This document shows, in pieces, positions 50,401 through 60,000 of a DNA stretch of 64,000 nt. Source of the DNA: a virus. Each line of letters begins with the position of its first letter. The first letter of the stretch is position 1. The DNA lies in the IMG/VR virus record IMGVR_UViG_3300020048_000072, positions 28,534 to 92,533 of that record. The stretch is one strand, 5' to 3'. The position numbers were made by a program, and so were the translations under genes. The notes beneath the pieces were generated by a model. It had not been told where the DNA came from, did no database searches, and saw only the letters and a list, made by a program, of their open reading frames with translations.

Positions 50401-51141
50401 GAGTAAGCCTGTGGTGTCTATGGTGTAAGGGGTGGAGGCTTGGTTGTAGATTGCAAGGATTTCCGCCGCTGATTTGGCTACACTGTAGACACGAGCGTCC
50501 CACATTTTACCTCTGTAGAAGAATCCAGAATCATTACTACGCGCGCCAAACCGCATTGCCCTTGTTGAGTTGATATTATGTGCGGCTAGCGAAGCAGCGA
50601 CCTGGATGCCATTGATGTAAAGTCTTAACGTTGTGCCGTCAGCAGTACCGGCAACGTGTATTATCTGCCCACGCCTGTCAGTGGTATCTATAATACCAGC
50701 GTTGTCTGATGTCCTGACGAATTCAATCTTTCCTGATGTGGCGGAATATCTTAGTTCTGGTACGGCATCTCCGAGAACATTCATATATGATGCTAACATA
50801 TTATAGTTATTGTTAGCAATATCGCCCTGTATCCACATACAGAACGTTATTGCAGCACGACTTGTAACAATAGGAGATGCTGTCACTGCAAAATCATTCA
50901 CCCCATCAAACAGCCATGCACGCCCCTTTAGTGGGAAGCGATACGAATCATAATCCTCTAGGCTAGACAGCACAGAAATACCATTCAATGTACTACCAGT
51001 ATACGGAGTTTCTGAATCTAGAGTATATTGTAAAACACTAGATATAGAAGAAGGAGAAAAAATACCTATACTAGCCGCGTACTTAACTATAGACCTAGAT
51101 ATGCTTCTATAAATAGAGCTAACTATATTTCTACTAATCAT
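47461..51141 (-). CDS. Multi-LamG (concanavalin A-like) virion appendage with CBM-like domain
   Basis: Repeated FDGxxD...WxHVAxT...LYINGV...DVRIY units (about 4); YTLSIWLKG...TTEWVRYSFTFTA...WGAQF. Confidence 0.82.
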   Translation of the reverse strand: MISRNIVSSIYRSISRSIVKYAASIGIFSPSSISSVLQYTLDSETPYTGSTLNGISVLSSLEDYDSYRFPLKGRAWLFDGVNDFAVTASPIVTSRAAITFCMWIQGDIANNNYNMLASYMNVLGDAVPELRYSATSGKIEFVRTSDNAGIIDTTDRRGQIIHVAGTADGTTLRLYINGIQVAASLAAHNINSTRAMRFGARSNDSGFFYRGKMWDARVYSVAKSAAEILAIYNQASTPYTIDTTGLLAHYWCNEEAGTTGFDSSGNDNHLTLANITPATFHAVDQGVNYNPANNVGYTRGMFFDGTDDYATLGSNIAALGAYTISAWIRPAVVNVHQAIVSNAGIGYLLDYTLEVGRTSGKITILPNSASVALTSTGSVTANAWTHVAATRSGSTGNWTFKIYINGVLDSTATTAHNPNNDASSVFTLGRLGGVNVYYYNGSLSDVRIYNVAKSDAEIAIIATGAADTTGLVAQYYGNDDVSGNRNNLTLTNGTAVISIPQDESDTTKAINGSLLQFTGQAPYPATIESPCATLDGSNDFGAPTATNIIASNMSFGGWVKISNWAGIPSHMIITKGTNNQWGLFLVGGAIYLRIGSSPDVTFSHTRLSAGFHHIFATVSGTTGTLYVDGVSVSSGTVLAMPADNNTLVNVGRFTTGGYLFSGQLADMRIYSVAKSAAEVRAIANGNPDLTSLLCWWPMQEGGGLVSYDISGNGNHLNWTGITESTFWGTLNGGKTQDVAMLYGGRWAGENRVLGSEALHTTPWLTSSSVGSITVTANSTTAPDGSSRGCTLAYPAVSGGASYAVRYISYADVSGYTTGVQYTLSIWLKGAVGGEEVWLMSVSGVTYLSQKCTLTTEWVRYSFTFTAQAFPYIMFGTDRRDATQTATPAQTIYAWGAQFSASNEELPYARTYTVAQTSRSYVPGSPLGSYCVDTLSLVGTAGKYSNPYSRLNHDPYDAAEYNPLAIPSYEALPCLTGNGSDNYVDLGSPLVPGTADFELNIWYYHVTNDTTLRSIFSQYGPGGQRFSIEANFGVAGAVAGSMRVYCDGDTQLAIILTASLTAGSWHKITLTRVGNVFTATCATLGGNVVTGTQTIANKTILQVNSWLLRLVAGLGADRYNNGRVAYLTVTTGGVTKEIPLTAGSGADLTLYTDGVESTLSTAVKGTLTSIWANTTDARMPSTDNAFRAIKPINTKFRRTDTDGDDRFVILRSAATSEDLTNLIEYTS

Positions 51142-51548
51142 TAAATCTTCCTAGCAAAAACCTTGAGTTCAGAAGCTCCATAACTTGTTACTGTTGCAAA
51201 AATTAATCTTTTACCGGCAACAACAAAAGATCCGCTAGACGTAAGAGCAGACTCAACATTATATTTATTTGCTGGATCAGTTAAATCTGAAGCTTTAATT
51301 TGTACAGAAGCTCCACTAAATGTTCCGGTAACAGAAATACTATATTCACCATCTTCCAATTCAATTGGACCAAAAGTAGAAGAAGAATTAAGTGTTAGTT
51401 CAATAGCATTACTTAAACCTTCCATTCCATCATAACTTTTATCACTTCCATAATCTGGAGTTCTTACAGAGCCGTTTCCTGGTGATCCATTATAAACATA
51501 ACTTCCACCATTATTATTAGCTTGTGTAAGAGGGTTAAAAATACTCAT
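51141..51548 (-). CDS. Small virion protein (hypothetical, beta-rich)
   Basis: Stop/start overlap with the LamG gene; GTFSGASVQI. Confidence 0.6.
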   Translation of the reverse strand: MSIFNPLTQANNNGGSYVYNGSPGNGSVRTPDYGSDKSYDGMEGLSNAIELTLNSSSTFGPIELEDGEYSISVTGTFSGASVQIKASDLTDPANKYNVESALTSSGSFVVAGKRLIFATVTSYGASELKVFARKI

Positions 51549-52003
51549 CTTAAATCCTCATGTAAATATATTTCTACTGTTGTTGGGGTCATAATTGCTT
51601 GTCTACTATTTTCATCACTATGTAAACCATGATTAATTTTAGCAAACGCATACTGATCGTACATACTTTTTAATAAAGACTCTGTATTTTTATATACGTT
51701 TGTTAATTCTATCTTTGATGGTCCATCTGTGACAGAAATAGATTTTCTTGCCATATCTCTTAGTTCAGATTCTAAAAGAATAATTGCGGCCTTTAATGAA
51801 ACTAAGTTAATAAATTCATTATCAGTAGGCAAAGGTGTTATTGTTGGTATATTAACTGTTATTGTGTATAGACTGGCAAAATCAACTTCTTTAATTACAA
51901 AGTTGGCCGATACAGCTAATAGTCTTTTTAGATCTAGATCAGAATATTTGGTTGATGTAACGTCACCAATTAATACTCTTAATGTCATTACGATTTCATC
52001 CAT
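51545..52003 (-). CDS. Head-tail adaptor (putative)
   Basis: First gene after the major capsid gene; LRVLIGD...YSD..L...SVTDGPS. Confidence 0.6.
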   Translation of the reverse strand: MDEIVMTLRVLIGDVTSTKYSDLDLKRLLAVSANFVIKEVDFASLYTITVNIPTITPLPTDNEFINLVSLKAAIILLESELRDMARKSISVTDGPSKIELTNVYKNTESLLKSMYDQYAFAKINHGLHSDENSRQAIMTPTTVEIYLHEDLR

Positions 52004-52018
52004 ATATTTCTCCTACTA

Positions 52019-52029
52019 ATTAATACACG
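52019..52029 (-). promoter_or_regulatory. Candidate late promoter just after the capsid terminator
   Basis: CGTGTATTAAT, then AGGAG and ATG. Confidence 0.55.
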
Positions 52030-52039
52030 GTATAAATAC

Positions 52040-52066
52040 AAAAAGCCCACCAGTAATGGAGGGCTT
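52040..52066 (-). terminator. Rho-independent terminator after the major capsid gene
   Basis: Minus strand AAGCCCTCCA-TTAC-TGGTGGGCTT-TTT, an imperfect hairpin with a U-tract. Confidence 0.72.
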
Positions 52067-52094
52067 CTCGATTATCTAAATTAATAGAAGAAAA

Positions 52095-53078
52095 TTACAT
52101 TGAGCCTAGAATAACGTCTCGGTTATCTAGAACACCGAAACCGTTTTCCATCCAACCATAATAACCTTGCTTTTGTGAGCGATGGAGATTAGGATCTGCG
52201 TGAACGCTTAGTTCTTCGCGGATTGGCATTAGGAACGATGGGTTTTGGTTATCAATACCAACAACGATTTCCGTATCGCCAGCAGGTAGAGTTCCACCAA
52301 GAACGTCTTCGAAGAATAATTGATACTCTTGATCAACACCAAGCTCATATAGTTCGTGTAGATTAACACCGAAGATACGGCTAACTTGACCATCTTGCAT
52401 TGAGTAAATTTCTCTACGAGTAACTTCATCAACTTGATCAGCATTCCAGTTACGAATATCTTCGTGACCTTCAACGCTCATATAAAGATCTGTCAACCGT
52501 CCCTTTCGCAATGACGCCGAATTACCACCGGCATTACGAGCCATAACACTACGCATTAGTGAAACTAAACGCTTGGTAAACTGGCTACCGTTTGCATCAG
52601 CATCATAAACAACAATGTTACGATCAGCGGCGGCAGCAATCAAAGTTGCCCAACCGTCGTTGTTTAACTTACGAACGAAACCGTCACGCATAACTTGTAG
52701 CGCACGACCAACAACATCATAACCAGCATCGCGAGCATACCGGAGCAAGAAGTCGATTGAACTTGTGATACCATAAGTTGGGATGGTTAAATAATCGCCT
52801 TCAACGGTCTTTTCTGGAATCCGACCGTGACCTGGGTTAGTATAGGCGACGAAATCATCTTCTTGACCTGGGTTTAGCAAGTCAATAGGATACTCAATCA
52901 CACGTTCGGTTTGAACGATTGACTGATATGGTTGTAGCAAATCGCCAACAAGAATGGCTTGCCGTAGTGGCATTTCCATAGCTTTAGCAATTTGGTCTTG
53001 AGCTTCTAGAGCCTTAGCCCCACCAGAAGCAGAAGCCTTTAAAAGCTGAATAAATTCAGGTGATGGTTTCTCGAACAT
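52095..53078 (-). CDS. Major capsid protein (HK97 fold inferred)
   Basis: 327 aa, follows protease/scaffold and decoration genes; IFGVNL, GYYGWMENGFGVLD; followed by a terminator. Confidence 0.82.
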   Translation of the reverse strand: MFEKPSPEFIQLLKASASGGAKALEAQDQIAKAMEMPLRQAILVGDLLQPYQSIVQTERVIEYPIDLLNPGQEDDFVAYTNPGHGRIPEKTVEGDYLTIPTYGITSSIDFLLRYARDAGYDVVGRALQVMRDGFVRKLNNDGWATLIAAAADRNIVVYDADANGSQFTKRLVSLMRSVMARNAGGNSASLRKGRLTDLYMSVEGHEDIRNWNADQVDEVTRREIYSMQDGQVSRIFGVNLHELYELGVDQEYQLFFEDVLGGTLPAGDTEIVVGIDNQNPSFLMPIREELSVHADPNLHRSQKQGYYGWMENGFGVLDNRDVILGSM

Positions 53079-53096
53079 TTAACTATTCTCCTATTA

Positions 53097-53555
53097 TTAT
53101 GGTAGATTGATTGATACTTTAGCGAAGCCGTTTTCGTCTTTGCTGGTATCAAACCTACCAGCCACGACCGAACCAGCATAATTCGTGCTAGTGAAATAAC
53201 CGCTTGCACCAACATAAGCAACCGCACCTGCTGTTGGAGAAACGCCAGGATAAATCATATTGGTCGTAACTTGACCTTTCTTCAAAATGGTGACTTTGCC
53301 ACCCTTCTGAACTTCATCCTTGTGATGATTTAAGTGATACTTACTTAGGTCAACATCTACCATATCATTTAAAAGAACACCAAGAGCAACCTTACCTGAT
53401 GGTGAGGCCGCAGCGATAGCTAGATGAGCGACATTATCATTTGAAACGCCTGACCCACCAGTGCTTAGGACTAGAACCTTACCTCTTTCCTGAACTTCGT
53501 CAAGAAAGTAGTCAATGCTGTAGTCAAGACAAACTCGATCTGGTTTTAAAGCCAT
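53097..53555 (-). CDS. Capsid decoration/cement protein
   Basis: Small Gly/Ala-rich protein between scaffold and capsid genes; ends AKVSINLP. Confidence 0.65.
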   Translation of the reverse strand: MALKPDRVCLDYSIDYFLDEVQERGKVLVLSTGGSGVSNDNVAHLAIAAASPSGKVALGVLLNDMVDVDLSKYHLNHHKDEVQKGGKVTILKKGQVTTNMIYPGVSPTAGAVAYVGASGYFTSTNYAGSVVAGRFDTSKDENGFAKVSINLP

Positions 53556-53579
53556 TATACTATACTCCTATTAAAAAAA

Positions 53580-54953
53580 TTATTCTTTGATTCCGAGGGT
53601 TTTTGACATCCACTGACTAGCAGAGGTAAATAATAGTTCGTCATCCTTTGTTGGGGCAACAAAACCAGCCTTTGCATCTTCTTCTTTCTTATCTAAAGAA
53701 GCCTTAGCTTTCTTGGCCTTTTCTTCTTCTTCTTTTTCCATTGCTGTCTCTTTTTCTTCATCAGTTTTAGATTCGTCTTTCTTAGCTACTGAATGTAGAG
53801 CAACAACTTCTTTAAACATTTCGTCGCTTGCTTGAGCAAACTTTTCAGCAACTTCTGAAGCCTTGACTGATTCAACACCAGCGCCCAAAAGGGCAGCAAC
53901 GCGATCTCGCTTTAAAAGTTCGGCTTTCATTTTCTTTTCGTCTTCGTCTTTCTTCTTCATATCTTCGCCATACTTAGCGACAGATGTTTCTAAAGCCTGA
54001 ATCTTTTCTGACTTCTGACCTGAAAGAGCTTTTTCGTTTACTAACTCGGCTTCGACGGTTTGTTTATCCGCCTTAACCTTATCTAGATCAGCCTTAACCT
54101 TTTCTAATTCTGCTTTCGCGTTATCTAAAATGGCCTTAGTTGCGTCTAGTTCTGCTTTTGAAACAGTATTTTCCATTGCTTGACTCCTAAAATCTTCTTG
54201 TAAAGATGCTTTTGTTCCGTTGAAACTATACGATGTAATATGTGAACGCTTATTTGCTGGATTGTCTACCAGCCCCTTACCAGAGAAAGTAATGTCTCTC
54301 AACAATCTACCAACTCTATAACCTTCATAAGAACCATTTCCGCCATAAGCCCGTAAGTGTTTTGTTATAAATGATGTTTTTTCATTTCTAGCAATAACTA
54401 ACATACTATTGTCTTCTGCTATAGCGGCGTAATCAAAACCTTTAAAGCGAGCTTCCATAGAAACAAACTTTTTACCGGCTTGAATTTCTGCTATAATCTG
54501 GTTCATTCTTGACTGTAATTCAGGATCACTCCATTTCTTATAAATTACAGATCCAACAACAATATCGAAAAAATCAGGAGCTTCTGCTAAACTTAAAGAC
54601 ATATCAATTTCATTACCATCTACACCAACAATGTGAGCAGATGTCATATGTCCAATGATATCTTTTTCATTGTGCATATAGTTGAATTGTTTGTCTATAG
54701 CAGTTGATCTTGCTGGCCAAACATCATCTTTAGAAAAAACATCATCATTACCATTCCAGTTAGTAGAAACCAAAATAGACTCAATATAAAATAAGTCTGC
54801 TTGATTTGGGTTACCAGAAAGTTTAGCTAATGCTTTATCTATATCAAAATTAAACTTTGGCTCTAAATTTATATCACAAGTGAAAGCAACAGAAGTATCT
54901 TTTTCAATACTTTCTTTTAAACCTGCTTTTACTTCGTGTTCATAAATTTTCAT
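53580..54953 (-). CDS. Prohead protease-scaffold fusion
   Basis: NGNDDVF, NYMH...IIGH, VSME, FSGKGLVDNPAN; coiled-coil charged C-terminal half. Confidence 0.78.
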   Translation of the reverse strand: MKIYEHEVKAGLKESIEKDTSVAFTCDINLEPKFNFDIDKALAKLSGNPNQADLFYIESILVSTNWNGNDDVFSKDDVWPARSTAIDKQFNYMHNEKDIIGHMTSAHIVGVDGNEIDMSLSLAEAPDFFDIVVGSVIYKKWSDPELQSRMNQIIAEIQAGKKFVSMEARFKGFDYAAIAEDNSMLVIARNEKTSFITKHLRAYGGNGSYEGYRVGRLLRDITFSGKGLVDNPANKRSHITSYSFNGTKASLQEDFRSQAMENTVSKAELDATKAILDNAKAELEKVKADLDKVKADKQTVEAELVNEKALSGQKSEKIQALETSVAKYGEDMKKKDEDEKKMKAELLKRDRVAALLGAGVESVKASEVAEKFAQASDEMFKEVVALHSVAKKDESKTDEEKETAMEKEEEEKAKKAKASLDKKEEDAKAGFVAPTKDDELLFTSASQWMSKTLGIKE

Positions 54954-54971
54954 ATATTGTATCCTCTATTG

Positions 54972-54982
54972 TAATATACACA
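54972..54982 (-). promoter_or_regulatory. Candidate late promoter (protease/scaffold, capsid)
   Basis: TGTGTATATTA, then GAGG and ATG. Confidence 0.55.
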
Positions 54983-54988
54983 AAGTCT

Positions 54989-57001
54989 TTAAAAAACATT
55001 GTGGTTTAAGAAATATAACATAGCCAATGAGTGGCGTTTTTGTTCTACATTAACATCATTATCCAGTATTTGATCTATATCATCTTTAAAAGTATCATTA
55101 TACCTTTCTTTAAAAGCAACATAAATCGTATCATTATTTAATTCACTAAAAGGAGAAATATTAAATAAACAATTGGCCTTTAGCTTTTCTAGACTTTCTT
55201 TTTGTGGACCAGTTAGACTTCTAACATTTTTAGTGTCAGTAGATTCTAATACAGCTTTAGTAATAAATTCAGAAACTTTTGATTGTGCTTCTGCACACCA
55301 TACAAGAAGTTGTTTTGACTTAGCTATCCTTGCCTCATCACCAGTCTTAGATTCTCTCTTTTTTGTTTCTGTAATATTTTTTGGTCTACCGTTAGGTTTA
55401 ACTTCATCCTTTCTACCAAAATCCTTGGCTACCATCTGAGCATCCATTTTACTAACCTCCCCAGGTTTCTTTTCTTCCAACTCAATGCCCATTTCAGACG
55501 GAGTAATTGTTCCGCCAGAAAGAAGAATCTTTTTATATTCATGAATCTTTTCAGGATTATGGAACGGACTTGCTTTCTCTGGCATACTATTTCCCCTCTT
55601 TTTAACTTCTCTTTTGATTCTAGACTTTTCAATTTCTGGATTAATTCCAAACTTCTCACGAAGAGTATCGTGGCAAATAATATCTCTATCAGCTAAATTA
55701 ATTAATAGTTGTTTTTCAGCAGCTTCATCCGTTAGAATCATATTATCAAATTCTACAATTGCTGGTTGATTAAAACCCATAGCCTTTTGAACTATTTTAA
55801 TTTCATTATTCCAAAACTCAACTATGTGATTTCTTCCATAGTTTAGTCTTTCTATTAGAGTTTTAAGAGATATAAAATTAGTTCCACCAGAACGGTCAGC
55901 GTCACCACGCAAAACAACAGGAATACCAAGTCCATCATAAATAGCATCAAGAGTTGGTTTATATTTCTCTTGCCCTAAAAAATTATGTATTTGAGTGTTG
56001 CTTTCTTTAAAATCTAATTCTGGACCCCAAACTAAATCTAAAGTACCACCACCAATATTATTATCTAGAATATTTCTTAGTTTTGCAATCATACCTTTGG
56101 TTGGTAGAATTGTGGTTTGAGGAGAATCAGTTAGTCTACCAATAGTCCACAATCTAACATTAGAAATAGCTCCATCAAGAGCAGAAATATCAGCAAGCTT
56201 TAACTTCTCTAAACCTACTAAATCATCAAAAATAGGATAAGTTACTGGTTTACCCCAAGTTTGCCAGTCATCTTTTTTATAATGGAAGACCTGTAGCCGG
56301 GATTGATCAAGAATAATATTTCTCTTTCTTGTCCTTATAGCTTCTCGAATATCAGGAGGAAGATCTTGTGTTATTTGCTTAAATATCTTTTCTCTTTCAA
56401 TACCGGTAAAACCGTCGATATACTCTGTGAAATAAGTAGGAAGAGTTAGAACATATATATTCTTTGTGGTAAAAGAAGAAATATTTTCACCAATCACATC
56501 TAAGGTTGATGGATTAATAAAAGAATACCTTATAGGAATCCCTGCAGTATTATATGTTCTATAAGCGGCAAAAACACCAAGTCTATAAAGACAGTTTAAT
56601 GCACGTTCCGTTCTTTCTGTACCATGAATTAAATCCCACCAATCTTTAAAAAACTTATCAACATGAGGAATTGTATGAGATACTTTTATTCCTTTTGTGG
56701 CGAAATCTGCCATCAGGTCAATTACGTTGCGAACAATCCCAACTCTGTCATAAGCTTGTTGAGCAACATTTAATATCCCTCTTCTTGTGGTTGGATTAGC
56801 TTCCTTCTCTCTAAAGTGATTATAATCTTTACGACCGTAATCACTCTTAATAGAGATATTAGTATCCCAATTTTCAAATGTTCTACCTATTGTTCCTACC
56901 GATTTATCTTTACAAAAAGAATCTTCATAAGCATTGCTTGATGCTAGGGCTTTTCCAATAGATGATTTTTCACTCAACTCAATAAATAGTTTATCGCTCA
57001 T
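54989..57001 (-). CDS. Portal protein
   Basis: Follows the terminase gene; IVRNVIDLMADF, HYKKDDWQTWGKP, GRP in a C-terminal extension. Confidence 0.8.
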   Translation of the reverse strand: MSDKLFIELSEKSSIGKALASSNAYEDSFCKDKSVGTIGRTFENWDTNISIKSDYGRKDYNHFREKEANPTTRRGILNVAQQAYDRVGIVRNVIDLMADFATKGIKVSHTIPHVDKFFKDWWDLIHGTERTERALNCLYRLGVFAAYRTYNTAGIPIRYSFINPSTLDVIGENISSFTTKNIYVLTLPTYFTEYIDGFTGIEREKIFKQITQDLPPDIREAIRTRKRNIILDQSRLQVFHYKKDDWQTWGKPVTYPIFDDLVGLEKLKLADISALDGAISNVRLWTIGRLTDSPQTTILPTKGMIAKLRNILDNNIGGGTLDLVWGPELDFKESNTQIHNFLGQEKYKPTLDAIYDGLGIPVVLRGDADRSGGTNFISLKTLIERLNYGRNHIVEFWNNEIKIVQKAMGFNQPAIVEFDNMILTDEAAEKQLLINLADRDIICHDTLREKFGINPEIEKSRIKREVKKRGNSMPEKASPFHNPEKIHEYKKILLSGGTITPSEMGIELEEKKPGEVSKMDAQMVAKDFGRKDEVKPNGRPKNITETKKRESKTGDEARIAKSKQLLVWCAEAQSKVSEFITKAVLESTDTKNVRSLTGPQKESLEKLKANCLFNISPFSELNNDTIYVAFKERYNDTFKDDIDQILDNDVNVEQKRHSLAMLYFLNHNVF

Positions 57002-57049
57002 TACTTATGTTAATCCAATTGATTTGTGTTTTAATTCGATTGATCAAAA

Positions 57050-57060
57050 ATAACTACACA
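57050..57060 (-). promoter_or_regulatory. Candidate late promoter (portal)
   Basis: TGTGTAGTTAT. Confidence 0.5.
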
Positions 57061-57071
57061 AATAGGAAAAA

Positions 57072-60000
57072 CTAAGAATATAAGTCGTTAAGTTGGTTTG
57101 TTATCCATGCTGGGCCAATAAAATCTTTACCGTGGCCAGCCTCCTGTTTATTCATTAATCCCATTACATCGTACTTAGGAATATAATTAGGACCAGACAT
57201 TTTTCTAGCAGCAGCATTTGCCATAACTAGAGCAGAATATCTATCCTTTCTCATTTTGCCCTTTTCTGTTCCACTGATTTTTATATCAGGAGTATCCCAT
57301 CTTTCTCTTCCCATAGCTGTTCTTGTAATAACAATCTGAGATAATTCTTTTTTAAGTTCTTCTATTTCTTCAATAGCGTCCTCATAACTATCATATAGTC
57401 TAACTCCATTAATAGACTCTCCAGAATCTTGTCTCATATTAATCTTATTCATAGCCGCTGCAACAGCAGAAACGGCTGGATTAAATCTTGGGAAAAGGAG
57501 AATCTTATCTTCAAAATCCTTTTTCATTGAGTGGTTGGCAAATGAGGTATATTCGGCAGATGCGAAATTAACCATCTCCACAATATGTAGACCTTCTTCT
57601 CCATCACTATCTTTATTTTTATCCTCTTCAATAACTTCCCACAAAGGATGTTCTCCTTCCTTGAGTTTTGTGGTATCATGCAAAGCTTCGTATACAGCTT
57701 TACCACCACCCTGACTATCAATAGCTAAATGTACACAAGGAAATAAGATCATAAGATCCCTAATCTTTCTCGCCGTATATCCATAGAAATCATTTTCTTC
57801 TATTATTCCAGCCTTTCTCTTTGCTTTAAACTCTTCGCTATTTGTTGTCCAAACGTGAACTATTCTTCTGTGGTCTTGATGGAGTTCTATTACTACAATA
57901 GCAAATCTATCTTGTTCTGATGCTGGGTCAATACCAATAATATACTCTCTTCCCTTTTCACCCTTAACTCTAGCTTCAAATACAACGCGACCAGAAGGAT
58001 GAGTAATATCATTTTCTTCATTTGCTGTACATTTTTCTAAGAGAGAAGCTTTAAAGAACCCATTAGAGTCTTTGGAAAATATAGCGTCGAATTCTAATTG
58101 GTATGTATCACTAGGTAAAGTGGCTTTTGATCGTGCTAATTGTGATGCATCCATAAACCCAGGAGGTAATAAATTAGCTGGTAATCTAACAACACAATAG
58201 TCTTTCCAGTTAAAACTATCATCTATTTCTTGATCACCGAAAATAGTTTGTAGTTTTTTCTTTTCACCACGACTATGAATAATCTGTTTCCACTTTTCCC
58301 AATATTGTGCAAAATGGTTAAAGTGATAGTATGCGGTTCCAGATAGGATAATTTGGTTTCCAATACCATCATACTCATCTATATCTTCTTCTAGTTCTAT
58401 ACCAAGTTGATTAGCAAAGACTTGGGATGCTTTTAATTTTACCTGACTCATTGGGTCAGCAGAAACAGCTCCGAAACCAGCAATAACCGTTTCAAAGATT
58501 TCTTTTGATTGAGAATTATGTTGAACAAATCCATTGGCTATAAAAGAATGTGTTTTAGGCATATGAAAATCATAAAGAACCTCTTTTTCTGGAAGCTTTT
58601 CTATAGACTTTATTTTTAGATATTCTGTATTATTTTCCCAAAAGATATTAAAAGCGGCGATACATTCTTCTTCTGTGTCAAACGTTCCTAAATATTTATT
58701 TTTATCGCACTGATTAGTAGAAACAACGAATCTTTTACCATTATTACTTTTGTTAATAATTGGAGATCTATCTCTGGTGGCAGTAATTTCATCAGGGTTT
58801 TTTATATCTTTCCATTTTTGAACATTTAATAAATTAAATAATTTAACTGCATTACTACCTCTAGTAACAAGTCTAAAAGATTCATTTTTACTATTTTTCA
58901 TGACTCCTCTATCGTTAGTTCCAGAAAGTATTCCAAATTTTAATAATAATAATTGAACCTGTTTCAATAATTCCTTACTAGAAGTATAATAAACAACTTG
59001 AAATTCTTTTACTGTGCCGGTAGATCTCTTAGCTTGACAATAAAATGCTGTACCATCACCCTCATAGAGTCCACTTAAAAAGGATAAAACGCATTCTTTT
59101 GTTGATCTTAATATAGAATGCGGCACCTGCTTTTCTATAGATTTAACATAATCAACACCCATATCTCTAAGCATAGTTCTATATTTAGTATTACTATATT
59201 GTATATCCCAAGAATCTTTGCAATTCCAACCTCTATCGTTAGTATGGGCGGGTTTAAACGATTCATTCCATTCAAAATTATATTTATTTTTTATTAAATC
59301 TATTAGTGATCTATCTGTGTTTTTAATACTAATAAAATTTCTGTTAGTAACTGTTCCCTCAGACACCAAAATTCCTATTAACCATGCTAGATCTTTATCT
59401 AAAATATTGCCATTTTTATCTTTATATTCTTCTTTAGGAAAATAGTCATTAAATCCTAGTTTTATATAATCGGACGTTTTTAGTTCTAGTGTTTTTCTCC
59501 ATCCTTTATATGTCATAACCTGATGAATCTCAGAACAATCAATAGTAAATCCATATTGCGTTGTTATTCTATAAACATCAACTTTTGGCGTTCTGAAAAT
59601 TGTATCAGGATACTCAAATTCATTATCTTTATTTAATAAAGAATAAGCTTCTCCATCAAGATAATCTTCAATTTTTACTATACCTAAGTCTGTTTGTAGC
59701 AAGGAGTTACGGCTCAAACAGGCAAATTCATCTGCAAGAATTTCCGAACTACGCTCTCCCCGAATTTTATCCCCCGATCCGATTGGAAGGGCCGTTACTT
59801 TACTTGTTCCTAAAGTTAGATGACATCTATCATTAGAAAAGTGAGGCTCGTCTTTAATAATACTTCTTAAAACAGGAGAATTATCATATATGGTTTTAAT
59901 ATAATTGAATACTAATTTAGACTGTCTGAACACAGAACCAACAATAACCACCTTCCTATTAGGAATTAATAAAGCTCTTAATAAAGCGTAGACCGCCAAA

